64,000 nucleotides of DNA from Thermodesulfobacteriota bacterium (GTDB lineage: Bacteria > Desulfobacterota_D > UBA1144 > Nemesobacterales > UBA2774): the NCBI GenBank assembly GCA_965223335.1, contig OZ244991.1, positions 192,001-256,000 of the forward strand. Direction: 5' to 3'. Every line of letters starts with the position of its first letter. Position 1 is the stretch's first letter. The translations under genes were made by a program, and so were the position numbers. Below, piece by piece: positions 20,311-29,904 of the stretch. A model generated the notes under the pieces. The model was not told the origin of the DNA. It did no database searches and worked only from the letters and a program-made list of their open reading frames with translations.

Positions 20311-20898
20311 ATGCTCTTCTCGATAAAGAAAAATGTGTCCCTTACTTTGTTGGCCACACTGGTCATCACCACACTATCTCTATACATGCAGAGCATTTTT
20401 GGACTGGAATGGGACTTCGAGCTCAATCTCAAAGTGGTATTGATTGGGGCACTCGGTTTTATTCTTATCACATTTAGCGACTTTCTAATCCACATTACGC
20501 TGATTGGAATCTTGCGCTCGAGCTATCTAGATACATACACTAGGTTTATATACTACTTCAGGTCGCAGTCCGTATACACGGTCTTGGTAAGCGGTTTGGC
20601 TGCAGGCAGTGAAGAGCTTTTTTTCAGAGGGGTAGTACTAGAAGGACTGGTTCAGATCGCAGGGGCAAGTGAATTGTGGGCACTTGCGACCTCTGCATTA
20701 TTTTTCGGGGCCTTCCATCTCATCTTTAAGCGAGGTTTTGCGCTCTTTGGGCTATGGGCAGTGTGGGAGGGGGTACTGCTCGGCGGTTTATACCTTTATA
20801 GCGGCTCACTTCTTCTGTGTGTAGTGGTCCATTGTCTGCATGACATATTGGGCTACAGCTTCTATGCTTTTCAGCGCCACACTGGGTTCCTTTTATGA
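20311..20898 (+). CDS. CPBP (CAAX/Abi) intramembrane metalloprotease
   Basis: EELFFRG, FGAFH and HCLHD motifs. Confidence 0.9.
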   Translation: MLFSIKKNVSLTLLATLVITTLSLYMQSIFGLEWDFELNLKVVLIGALGFILITFSDFLIHITLIGILRSSYLDTYTRFIYYFRSQSVYTVLVSGLAAGSEELFFRGVVLEGLVQIAGASELWALATSALFFGAFHLIFKRGFALFGLWAVWEGVLLGGLYLYSGSLLLCVVVHCLHDILGYSFYAFQRHTGFLL

Positions 20899-20951
20899 TG
20901 CTCAGTAGATGTTAAAATTACACGCTAAATTACCAAAAAAAGGAGACCGAT

Positions 20952-21938
20952 TTGGATTACAGCACCGAGCTTGAAACAGCGGTTGAGTCAGTCCTAAAAG
21001 CATGCGAGCTATGTATACAGGTGCAGTACGATCTTGTATCCGAACACACGCTTACCAAAAAAGACAAGTCCCCTGTCACAGTTGCAGACTTCGGCTCACA
21101 GGCTCTTATCTGCCGTGACCTAACACATGCGTTCCCCGACGACCCCATAGTAGCGGAAGAGGACCCTGCAGAGTTGCACACCCCAAGCCGGACTGCTATA
21201 AAAGAAAACATTATCAACTACGTAAACGAGATTGATGCTGGGGTTACTGAAGCCGAGATCCTAGACGCTATAGCCAGAGGTGGATATGAGGGCGGGAGCA
21301 GGGGACGGTTCTGGACACTAGACCCCATAGACGGCACCAAAGGGTTTCTGCGCGGGGAGCAGTACGCTATAGCACTAGCACTGGTGGAGGACGGCGAGGT
21401 GGTGCTGGGTGTATTGGGTTGCCCCAATCTACCCTTGAGCCTAAGCGAACCCGAGGGATTAAAAGGAGTTCTTCTCTATGCAGTTAAAGACAGGGGCAGT
21501 CACATACGACTATTGGAAGAGACTCATATAAGCCCTGTTAGAGTAACGGGTATAGACAGCACCCGTGATGCATCGTTTTGCGAATCTGTAGAGTCCTCTC
21601 ACTCCTCGCACGACGATGCGTCTAAGATTGCTGAGACGCTCGGTGTAACACGCCCTCCCATAAGGATAGATAGCCAATGCAAATATGCAGCGATTGCCCG
21701 GGGGGACGCTTCCATATACTTACGCTTACCCACAAGGAAAGACTACGAAGAAAAGATCTGGGACCACGCCGCAGGCAGCATTATTGTAGAGGAGGCCGGG
21801 GGTAAGGTTACCGATATCTACGGCAAGCCGCTCAAGTTTTCATTGGGCCGGACCCTAAAATCAAATAAGGGTGTGGTGGGCTCAAACGGGCTGCTGCATG
21901 ACGACATAATAAATGCAGTCAATTCCGTAGTTGCATGA
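20952..21938 (+). CDS. 3'(2'),5'-bisphosphate nucleotidase, HAL2/SAL1-like
   Basis: KKDKSPVTVADFGSQA, LDPIDGTKGFLRGEQYA, CPNLP, DSQCKY and EKIWDHAAG motifs; TTG start with AGGAG. Confidence 0.92.
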   Translation: MDYSTELETAVESVLKACELCIQVQYDLVSEHTLTKKDKSPVTVADFGSQALICRDLTHAFPDDPIVAEEDPAELHTPSRTAIKENIINYVNEIDAGVTEAEILDAIARGGYEGGSRGRFWTLDPIDGTKGFLRGEQYAIALALVEDGEVVLGVLGCPNLPLSLSEPEGLKGVLLYAVKDRGSHIRLLEETHISPVRVTGIDSTRDASFCESVESSHSSHDDASKIAETLGVTRPPIRIDSQCKYAAIARGDASIYLRLPTRKDYEEKIWDHAAGSIIVEEAGGKVTDIYGKPLKFSLGRTLKSNKGVVGSNGLLHDDIINAVNSVVA

Positions 21939-21948
21939 TTCTAGAATT

Positions 21949-23046
21949 TTAATCGGCTGGAACCAGCTTTGAGCTTGATTTTTCAAAATCTGCCAAGCGT
22001 TTAAGCGCCTTTATTTTATCCGACCTATCCACTTTGGATTTATTTAGTGAGTTGTGCAGTATTTCGATAGTGTTTTCGTATGTGATCCTGTCCACAGGGA
22101 AAGGTGTACCGTCTTTACCCCCGTGGGCAAATGAAAACCTAGCTGGGTCCACGACACTGGCCTTGGTGCCATATATCAGTTCAGAGACCAGTGTAAGCGC
22201 TCGCAATGTCTTTGCCCCTACCCCTCTTATCCCTAAAAGCTCCTCGAAATTTTGCGGTGCCTGCTCATAGGTCTCGAGCATGACCTTGTGCAGGTACTTG
22301 GGATTTATGTCCATCTTGTTAATCCAGTGTCGCTGTGGCATCTCTAGAGTCGGCAGCCGTTCCAGATCCCTTAACACGCCGCGGTCCGCCTCACGCGCAA
22401 TCTCGGCAACCGCACTTCGTGTGGGCTCGCTCTCACCCGCTACCAGGTCAAGGACCGCACCCCGTCGGTCAGAGCAAATTGCGTTATGGGGTTCATTTAC
22501 GAAACAGTCGAGCCCGCTGCTTAACCAATGATACCTCCTTGCGGCACGGCTGGGCTCGTTAAAACCCTGCTGCACCACACACCACTTGCCCTCGGCCGTA
22601 AAAAAGAAACTGTGGTGGTAGATCTGGTATCCGTCCTGCACTGCCGAGCTATCGACCTTTGCGGAAAGCCTGCTTGCATAGATCAGGTCCGCAGGATCAT
22701 AGGAGAGCTTCTCGCACACCTGTGTGATTTCCTGCGGGGTTTTCCTCGACACTGCCCCCTTGCCCCCGGCGGCATAGAATCCCAGTTCATGCTCAAGCCC
22801 TCTAAGGCCCTGTTTCACCGCACCGCAAGTCGTAGTAGTTACCCCGCTTGAGTGCCAGTCAAAACCCAGCACACAGCCAAACGCCTGGAACCAAAAGGGG
22901 TCAGACAGCCTGTTAAGCAGCTCGTCGGGTCCGTACTCGGAAACTATGTGGATAACTACCTCACGGGCGAGCCTCACCATCCGGCTAAAGAGCCACTTAG
23001 GTGCTTTACCTCCGTGAAGAGGGAGTGATGCGTATCCAGTACGCAT
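21949..23046 (-). CDS. DUF763 family protein
   Basis: LPLHGGKAPKWLF, DPFWFQAFGCVLGFDWHSSG and FSFAHGGKDG motifs, plus an HhH-like GVGAKT. Confidence 0.9.
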   Translation of the reverse strand: MRTGYASLPLHGGKAPKWLFSRMVRLAREVVIHIVSEYGPDELLNRLSDPFWFQAFGCVLGFDWHSSGVTTTTCGAVKQGLRGLEHELGFYAAGGKGAVSRKTPQEITQVCEKLSYDPADLIYASRLSAKVDSSAVQDGYQIYHHSFFFTAEGKWCVVQQGFNEPSRAARRYHWLSSGLDCFVNEPHNAICSDRRGAVLDLVAGESEPTRSAVAEIAREADRGVLRDLERLPTLEMPQRHWINKMDINPKYLHKVMLETYEQAPQNFEELLGIRGVGAKTLRALTLVSELIYGTKASVVDPARFSFAHGGKDGTPFPVDRITYENTIEILHNSLNKSKVDRSDKIKALKRLADFEKSSSKLVPAD

Positions 23047-23052
23047 AAAATG

Positions 23053-23081
23053 ATAATAGCCAGCGCAGGTTTGGGAGTCAA
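23053..23081 (-). promoter_or_regulatory. Sigma70 promoter for the DUF763 gene, leaderless geometry
   Basis: TTGACT-N17-TATTAT-N6-ATG. Confidence 0.65.
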
Positions 23082-23169
23082 TGAGGATATTTTCGTATCA
23101 TAATCCGATAAAAATACTATATGTAGTACCCACTACCTAAATTTGTACCAAATCCGGTATACTAGCCCC

Positions 23170-23943
23170 ATGGATACAAAACGACAAATAATAGACCTGA
23201 GCTTAACGATAGAGAAAGCCCCAGGGCCCGAGCACCAGCGCCTTGAGATTACCTATGAAAAACACGCCGATACCGCAAAGTATATGATGAAGCGGTTTGA
23301 GTGCGAGCGGTCCGACCTGCCCAAGGGACTCGGGTGGGCAAACGAATACGTAACACTCGGAACCCATGTGGGCACACATATGGATGCTCCCTGGCATTAC
23401 CACCCCAAATCCGAAAACAAGAAGGCCAAAACAATTGATGAACTGCCAACCGAATGGTTCTATGGTGACGGTGTGGTGCTTGACATGTCTCACAAAAGAT
23501 CAGGCGAGTTAATAGAGATCGGGGACTTGGAAAGAGCGCTGAGACATATTGATTACGAGCTTAAACCCTTTGACATAGTGCTCGTCATGACAAAAGCAGA
23601 TAGACTCTGGGGCACTGAAGAGTACTGGTCCACGTTCCCCGGGCTCGGACGAGAGTCCACACTCTGGCTCTGTGACAAGGGAATAAAGGTTATGGGTACA
23701 GACAGTGCGGGCTGGGACCGTCCATTCTGGGCCATGGTAGAGGAATTCAAGCGCACAGGCAGTAGCTCTGTGATATGGGGTGCGCACTTCGCGGGGATTG
23801 AAAAAGAGTACTGTCAGATCGAAAAACTAACCAATCTGGAATTACTACCGTCCCACGGTTTTAAGGTAGTGTGTCCTCCGATAAAAATCCTGGGAGCAAG
23901 TGCCGGGTGGGTACGGCCGATCGCCATTATAGAAAACGGCTGA
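23170..23943 (+). CDS. Cyclase family metal-dependent hydrolase (kynurenine formamidase-like); likely start ATG 23170
   Basis: HVGTHMDAPWH (HxGTHxDxPxH) and EKLTNLE motifs; TATACT-N6-ATG upstream. Confidence 0.9.
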   Translation: MDTKRQIIDLSLTIEKAPGPEHQRLEITYEKHADTAKYMMKRFECERSDLPKGLGWANEYVTLGTHVGTHMDAPWHYHPKSENKKAKTIDELPTEWFYGDGVVLDMSHKRSGELIEIGDLERALRHIDYELKPFDIVLVMTKADRLWGTEEYWSTFPGLGRESTLWLCDKGIKVMGTDSAGWDRPFWAMVEEFKRTGSSSVIWGAHFAGIEKEYCQIEKLTNLELLPSHGFKVVCPPIKILGASAGWVRPIAIIENG

Positions 23944-23953
23944 GCCGTCATGA

Positions 23954-24601
23954 TTATTTTGGTGTAGCAAACACTACGGTCCAAAAAGTCTTGTACCTCG
24001 TATCCTTATTGTGGAAGCAAGAACCGCCAATCTCAACAAACTCGGCCTTCATTATTACCTCGCAGTGATGCGGGCTCCTAAGCCAGGCCCCGACAACCTC
24101 CTCCGAACTCTCACGCCCTGCAGATATATTCTCGCCCACATTGCTCCACACATAGCCCTTTCTCTCAACCCTTTCACTGACCGAGGAGCCGTCTGTACCG
24201 CTGTGGCTCACCCTGTCTTTCGTAGCCATGTCCACAGAATGCTCAAATGCCACTCTGGCCAATGTAGGGTTCCAGGCTATAGTGCCCACGGGGGGATAAA
24301 TTTTTGTACCGCATATCCTGCTCGATGACCTCGCCTGGTTAATGAGTCGAACCATCTTAGCCTTCACCACATCGAACTGCTCGCACACATATAGGTGACT
24401 GTTAACCACAGACGGGTCGAAAGAACCTGTCGAGCTGCATCCGATAGCTGCTAATAAAATGAATGGGCTTAAGTAGTTTCTGATAATACAATATATTCTA
24501 CTTATTCTCGGCCTACATACTATTCGGTCTATAACAAATTCTCTATTTTTTTGCGGTATTACCCCAGACCCTCTCAATAAACTGGTCGCGCCCGGAACCA
24601 T
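23954..24601 (-). CDS. CAP (SCP/PR-1) domain protein, probable lipoprotein; start uncertain
   Basis: INQAR, HSVDM, SHSGTDGSS, GENISAG and WLRSPHHC motifs; lipobox-like LAAIGC. Confidence 0.85.
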   Translation of the reverse strand: MVPGATSLLRGSGVIPQKNREFVIDRIVCRPRISRIYCIIRNYLSPFILLAAIGCSSTGSFDPSVVNSHLYVCEQFDVVKAKMVRLINQARSSSRICGTKIYPPVGTIAWNPTLARVAFEHSVDMATKDRVSHSGTDGSSVSERVERKGYVWSNVGENISAGRESSEEVVGAWLRSPHHCEVIMKAEFVEIGGSCFHNKDTRYKTFWTVVFATPK

Positions 24602-25193
24602 ATCTGTAAGATTTGTACCTTAATGGGCTCTTCTTATAAAAATCCTGATGATACTCCTCTGCCGGATAAAACTCCGTAGCCTCTGTGATCTCGGTGGCAA
24701 TGGGTTTGTTGAACCTGCCCGATTTTCCTAATTTGTCCCTCGACCCAAGCGCCAAAGTCTTTTGCTCCCGGTTGTGATAAAAAATCCCCGGTCGATACTG
24801 CTTGCCCCTGTCTACAAACTGACCATCGGGGTCAGTGGGATCGATATTCATCCAAAACACCTCGAGCAACTGGGCGTATGTAACTATAGCAGGATCATAC
24901 ACGACCTGCACGGCCTCGGTGTGTCCTGTTTTACCGTAAGAGACCTGCTTGTAGGTAGGGTTGACCTCACTGCCGCCAGTGTAGCCCGAGGTCGTAGATA
25001 TCACACCAGGAATTTCATCAAACGGGGGTTCCATGCACCAAAAACAGCCCCCGGCAAAAGTAGCCTTTTCATATTTCGTGTCATGAATCGTTGTGTCATT
25101 ACTCGGGGTCTCATTCGCGTCCTTGGCATTACAACCCGCACTGCCCAGTCCAAGTAGAAGAACCGATAAGCTAAGTACCAACAAGTTTCTCAT
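24543..25193 (-). CDS. msrA: Peptide-methionine (S)-S-oxide reductase MsrA, exported (lipoprotein-type signal)
   Basis: FAGGCFWC, GHTEAVQV, GQFVDRG and AEEYHQDFY motifs; SAGC lipobox. Confidence 0.96.
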   Translation of the reverse strand: MRNLLVLSLSVLLLGLGSAGCNAKDANETPSNDTTIHDTKYEKATFAGGCFWCMEPPFDEIPGVISTTSGYTGGSEVNPTYKQVSYGKTGHTEAVQVVYDPAIVTYAQLLEVFWMNIDPTDPDGQFVDRGKQYRPGIFYHNREQKTLALGSRDKLGKSGRFNKPIATEITEATEFYPAEEYHQDFYKKSPLRYKSYRYGSGRDQFIERVWGNTAKK

Positions 25194-25309
25194 CTAAACC
25201 TCCTGAAAATACCAAGTTAACACATATATACGCCTAGATTAACCATAGGGATTCATAGGTTAAACTGTATAGAACTCTTTAGCTGCGAATAGATGCATAA
25301 GCAATTATT

Positions 25310-26992
25310 TTAAGTATCGCTCAAAGACCTTTCGGTAGAGCTCTTGCGCTGGGCTCTATAGATCGATATAGCCTCTAGCATCAGCCATACCGCGAGTGCT
25401 AGAGTGACAGCCGATAGCACCAGCAACAGGGGGTTGTTTACAAACGCCTTGAAATTAAGCAGCATGGAAAACATGGTCATCCCAACCAGGAATATCATGG
25501 GCACAAGCGTATAAATAACCGGGCGGTTTGTCTTCCATAGATATATCGTGGCTATAAGCAGCGTGAGTCCGCCCACAAGCTGGTTTGTGGCACCAAAAAG
25601 CGGCCACAGCAAAAACCCGCCCGAGCCAAGCCCCCTGCCCGGGGCCTCTGCCAGCACTGCGAGTAAGAGTGCGGGAACCACGGCAAGAGTAGTAGCAATA
25701 TACCGGTTCTTAAGGGGTTTTATATCATACGCGGAGCCTAGCTCGCCTAGTATCAGGCGTTGTATACGAGTAGCTGTATCGAGTGATGTGGCGGCAAAGC
25801 TTATCACCATCACGCTAATCAAGGTGTTCGAGAGCAACTCCGGGATATGAAGTGCCTGCAAAAAACTCGATGCACCGATCACAAAATTAGCGATCCCCCC
25901 GCTTGTAGCCGACTGCCAACTGTCGTAATGCACCAGCCACTCCGAGTGGCTTATACCCGCAGCCACAGCCAACGTAGCAATCATGGCGAGTGTGCCTTCA
26001 CCCAGCATGCCCCCGTAGCCGATGAACCTGGCATCCTTCATGTTGTTTAGCTGCTTGGAGGTGGTGCCGCTCGACACAAGCCCGTGAAAGCCGCTTATCG
26101 CCCCACACGCAATCGTTATGAAAATAAAGGGAAAAAGCGGCAGTGCAGTGTCGGCACTGGCATTAAACGCAGGGGCCTGCATCTGGGGATGGGCAACTAA
26201 AAGCCCTATAAAAATTATTGCCAACCCTACCATCAATTGATGACTGTTTATGTAGTCCCTGGGCTGAAGCAGTGTCCACACCGGGAGGACCGATGCCACA
26301 AACGCATAGGCCAGCAAGAAGAAGATCCAGGTAACAATTTCACTGCCCCAAATTTGAGGCACATGTAAAGGCACATGAGTCCCCGCCCACATCATAACAT
26401 AGAGTAAGACCAATGCGATTATCGAGGGTATTAATATCGGAATCCCCTTTTTGTAAAATAAAAATCCGATGATAACAGCCACTATGATTTGAAAATTAAC
26501 GGGCAGTACACTGGTCGGGAATTTTACAAACAACGACGCGATAGCATAAGCAAACACGGCTATCACAAAAAATATGAGAAAATACACAATTAGTAAAAAG
26601 AGTATTCTTGCTCGGGGGCTAACTAGTGTGCCAGCCAGGTCACCTACCGAACGCCCCTTCTCGCGTGCAGAGACCACAAGTGCGCTAAAATCGTGCACTG
26701 CACCCATAAAAATCGTGCCGATCACCACCCAGATAATTGCCGGGAGCCAGCCCCAAAACACTGCGATTGCCGGGCCGATTATAGGTGCTGCCCCCGCGAT
26801 GGATGAAAAATGGTGGCCGAACAGTACGTGCTTGTTGGTAGGCAGGTAATCAACCCCGTCCCTAAGCTCGTGAGCAGGAGTAATCTCGTTTTCGTCTAGC
26901 TGAAAAATGTTCTTGGAAAGAAATCTGGAATAAAACCTATATCCCAAAAAGTACAAGACAACTATTACCACCGCCAGCAGCGCTGCATTCAC
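25310..26992 (-). CDS. cstA: Carbon starvation protein A (peptide/pyruvate transporter)
   Basis: LFGHHFSSIAGAAPIIGP, ITIACGAISGFH and WPLFGATNQL motifs. Confidence 0.96.
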   Translation of the reverse strand: MNAALLAVVIVVLYFLGYRFYSRFLSKNIFQLDENEITPAHELRDGVDYLPTNKHVLFGHHFSSIAGAAPIIGPAIAVFWGWLPAIIWVVIGTIFMGAVHDFSALVVSAREKGRSVGDLAGTLVSPRARILFLLIVYFLIFFVIAVFAYAIASLFVKFPTSVLPVNFQIIVAVIIGFLFYKKGIPILIPSIIALVLLYVMMWAGTHVPLHVPQIWGSEIVTWIFFLLAYAFVASVLPVWTLLQPRDYINSHQLMVGLAIIFIGLLVAHPQMQAPAFNASADTALPLFPFIFITIACGAISGFHGLVSSGTTSKQLNNMKDARFIGYGGMLGEGTLAMIATLAVAAGISHSEWLVHYDSWQSATSGGIANFVIGASSFLQALHIPELLSNTLISVMVISFAATSLDTATRIQRLILGELGSAYDIKPLKNRYIATTLAVVPALLLAVLAEAPGRGLGSGGFLLWPLFGATNQLVGGLTLLIATIYLWKTNRPVIYTLVPMIFLVGMTMFSMLLNFKAFVNNPLLLVLSAVTLALAVWLMLEAISIYRAQRKSSTERSLSDT

Positions 26993-27013
26993 AAAGAGCC
27001 TCCAAGGATAGTT

Positions 27014-28399
27014 CTAGGCCAGTAGTCCCCATTTTTTCATTCTGTATCTGAGCACCTCGCGGGTCACTCCCAACATCTCGGCAGTTCGGGTCTGGTTCCA
27101 ATCGTTTAAATCGAGCGCTTTACTAATAACCTTTTTTTCTATCTTATACAACGAAACGTCCTCGAGCGGTACATCTATTACCATCTTATCAGTCGAATCC
27201 CCCACCGTCATCCCTTCTGAGTCCTCTTCAAGTTGTATATATCTCGGGTTAAGCACGTTGCTGTCGCTAAGCAGTATAGCCCTCTCTACAGTGCTCCTAA
27301 GCTCTCTTACATTACCGGGCCAATTATAGTTCATAAATATAGCTCTTACCTCTTGGGGAATCTCGGTGATGTTCTTGTTTAGATCATAACTAAAATACTG
27401 AACAAAATAGTCCGTTATAAGTGGAATGTCTTTTTTCCTGCCCCTAAGCGCCGGCATCTCGAAACTGATTACATTTAGTCGGTGGTAGAGGTCTTCCCTG
27501 AATAGCCCCTGCTTGACCAAAGATTTCAAGTCTTGGTTCGTCGCGGCAATAACGGATATATCCACAACTATATCTCTATTCCCGCCCAACCTCCTGAAAC
27601 TCCGTTCCTCGACCGCTTTAACCAGCTTTGCCTGTAGCGATAGGCTCATATCCCCTATCTCATCCAGAAACACCGTACCGCCGTCGGCCTGCTCCAATAT
27701 ACCCTTTTTCATCTTCTTAGCGTCTGTAAACGCCCCGACTTCGTGTCCAAAGAGTTCACTCTCCAACAGTGTTTCAGGTATGGCTGCACAGTTAAGTTCG
27801 ATAAAGGGCTTTTGAGCCCGTACACCGTTAAAATGCAGAATCTTTGCAGCCAACCCCTTACCTGTACCGCTCTCTCCCGAGATCAATATTGTTCTGGGAT
27901 CAGTTTCTGTGAGTTTCTTAAACAGATCGATTATCTCTTTTATTGATTCGCTCTCCCCGATAAGGGTATCGAACCCGTACTTCTCCTGCTCTCTCATCGC
28001 TGCGGCGCTTATGCTGTTTTTTAACTGATTTGTACGCAGAGCGTTACGCACCATGACCTTGAGTTTGTCCAGGGGGAAGGGTTTCTCGATAAAATCATAG
28101 GCACCGAGCCTTATAGCGTTTACCGCAACCTCTACACTCCCATGCGCCGTCATCATAATTACAGACGGGGGGTTTTCCCACGAAGCAATTGTTTTTAGCA
28201 GATCCAAACCGTTTGAGTCCGGGAGCTTAAGGTCCAAGAGCACCAGGTCCGGGTTCTCCCTCTGCGCAATCTCGAGCCCTTCGGTCCCTTCAGAAGAGGT
28301 AATCACTGTATAGTCCTCTTGTGTAAGGGCCTTATGGAGTTGTTTGCTCAACAACCTCTCGTCCTCAATTATAAGTATTAGAGAACTCACTTGCCACAC
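27014..28399 (-). CDS. Sigma54-dependent response regulator (NtrC/AtoC family); start may be GTG 28390
   Basis: Receiver domain, GESGTGK, ESELFGH..GAFTDA, FLDEIG, WPGNVREL and a Fis-type HTH. Confidence 0.96.
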   Translation of the reverse strand: MWQVSSLILIIEDERLLSKQLHKALTQEDYTVITSSEGTEGLEIAQRENPDLVLLDLKLPDSNGLDLLKTIASWENPPSVIMMTAHGSVEVAVNAIRLGAYDFIEKPFPLDKLKVMVRNALRTNQLKNSISAAAMREQEKYGFDTLIGESESIKEIIDLFKKLTETDPRTILISGESGTGKGLAAKILHFNGVRAQKPFIELNCAAIPETLLESELFGHEVGAFTDAKKMKKGILEQADGGTVFLDEIGDMSLSLQAKLVKAVEERSFRRLGGNRDIVVDISVIAATNQDLKSLVKQGLFREDLYHRLNVISFEMPALRGRKKDIPLITDYFVQYFSYDLNKNITEIPQEVRAIFMNYNWPGNVRELRSTVERAILLSDSNVLNPRYIQLEEDSEGMTVGDSTDKMVIDVPLEDVSLYKIEKKVISKALDLNDWNQTRTAEMLGVTREVLRYRMKKWGLLA

Positions 28400-28434
28400 C
28401 TCATGTTATTGTTTGTATCCAAAGCGATCCTCAC

Positions 28435-29700
28435 TTACGAGATTGTTAAGTCCCTAGGTATCTCGATAACAAATCTAGCACCCTCACCTTTTTTACTCGT
28501 AACCTCTATGCTGCCCTGATGCGCCTCGATAATGCTGTTCGAGATGGCCAGACCAAGCCCCGTACCATACTGTTTAGTCGAATAGAACGGCTCTAGGATC
28601 TTATCGATATCTACTCCATCTATACCCTGGCCCGAGTCAGCGACCTCAATCTGCACCGACCCGTTTTGACAACTCGTCGTTACCTTTATCTCGCCGAAAC
28701 TGTCTGTGGCCTCTATACCGTTTATAAGCAGGTTCAAAATTACCTGTTCTATCTGCTCGTGATCCACATTAAACTGCATTCGGCACGAGAGCTGTTTTTC
28801 TATCCTAACACCCTTGTCCTTTGCCTTGCTCTGCACCAGGTTAATGGCCCTCTCAACGATCTCATCCGGTGCACACTCTATGATCTCGAGCTTTCTCGGG
28901 TGTCCGAGTTGGAAAAGGCCTTTTACAATGCGTTCCAACCTGCTTATTTCCAGCAGTACCTCATCTATGGTATTTAGGTGTTCTCGGTTTGCCAATTCAT
29001 CTTTCATCAGCTCTAGTGCTATGGCAATGCCCGACAGCGGGTTCCTAACCTCGTGCGCAATACCCGATGCAAGCTCACCTATAGTGGCCAATTTTTCGGA
29101 TTTGATAAGCTCTTCCTGCTTCTCTTTTATCTCTTTGGTCGCCTCTTCGATTTTGGCCTCAAGCACCTCGTTAAACTGCCTGGTGGCATCGAGCAACATC
29201 ATGTTTTCTTCGTTCTTTTTCTCCAACTCCTTTGTGTTGATATCTATGTTTTGGAGCATGTGGTTAAATGCTTTTATCAGTGTCTCTATCTCGCCGCTGC
29301 CCTTAACCTCCGCTACCCTGTACGAATAGTCACCTCCCGACACAGACTCAGCAGCGTCATAGAGGTCCAGTATCGGTTTGGTAATTACACGGGGGATAAA
29401 CAATGTGAGGATTCCCCCAAATAGCACCGCTATTCCACCAACCATAAAAATAGTGAGATATGAAAATTTGACCTGCTCATCCGAGATTTTTACAGCTTCC
29501 AAGAGCATCTCATTTGCAAAATAGCCCTCGTTATCAGAGTCCTTGGCCGAGAGCAGTTTGGATATCGTTTTATAGCGACCCTTAATGTTAGATGTTTCTT
29601 TCTCGAGTTTATAGATACTGTGAATAGAAAACCCACTTATAAGTAGAAGCAGAAGAAACATCAACGCATAGCCAAATGTGATTTGTTTCCCTAACTTCAC
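28435..29700 (-). CDS. Sensor histidine kinase (2 TM, HAMP, HisKA, HATPase)
   Basis: AHEVRNPL H-box, NLLING, DSGQG and GTGLGL motifs. Confidence 0.96.
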   Translation of the reverse strand: MKLGKQITFGYALMFLLLLLISGFSIHSIYKLEKETSNIKGRYKTISKLLSAKDSDNEGYFANEMLLEAVKISDEQVKFSYLTIFMVGGIAVLFGGILTLFIPRVITKPILDLYDAAESVSGGDYSYRVAEVKGSGEIETLIKAFNHMLQNIDINTKELEKKNEENMMLLDATRQFNEVLEAKIEEATKEIKEKQEELIKSEKLATIGELASGIAHEVRNPLSGIAIALELMKDELANREHLNTIDEVLLEISRLERIVKGLFQLGHPRKLEIIECAPDEIVERAINLVQSKAKDKGVRIEKQLSCRMQFNVDHEQIEQVILNLLINGIEATDSFGEIKVTTSCQNGSVQIEVADSGQGIDGVDIDKILEPFYSTKQYGTGLGLAISNSIIEAHQGSIEVTSKKGEGARFVIEIPRDLTIS

Positions 29701-29904
29701 CTTTTAAACCCCTCCGATACGGCTCTCTTATTAAGAATACTACCTATTTTTCGTGCCAATACATAAAGGATTTTTTACAAAACTCAATTTTATCGCTCAG
29801 TTGCAGCCGCAGTAACTCCTCTGATTACACACATTTTTTCGTCCGTTCTGGAATGACGGCTATCTTAGGGTAATTTATAAAATATATATTTTAAGAGCAA
29901 AAGG

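Noticed and set aside
29743..29759. Sigma54 promoter upstream of the histidine kinase (TGGCACG on the minus strand)
   Set aside because: The -24 element is good but the -12 position reads AG, not GC. Similar TGGCAC hits near 36138 and 52624 also lack the -12 GC
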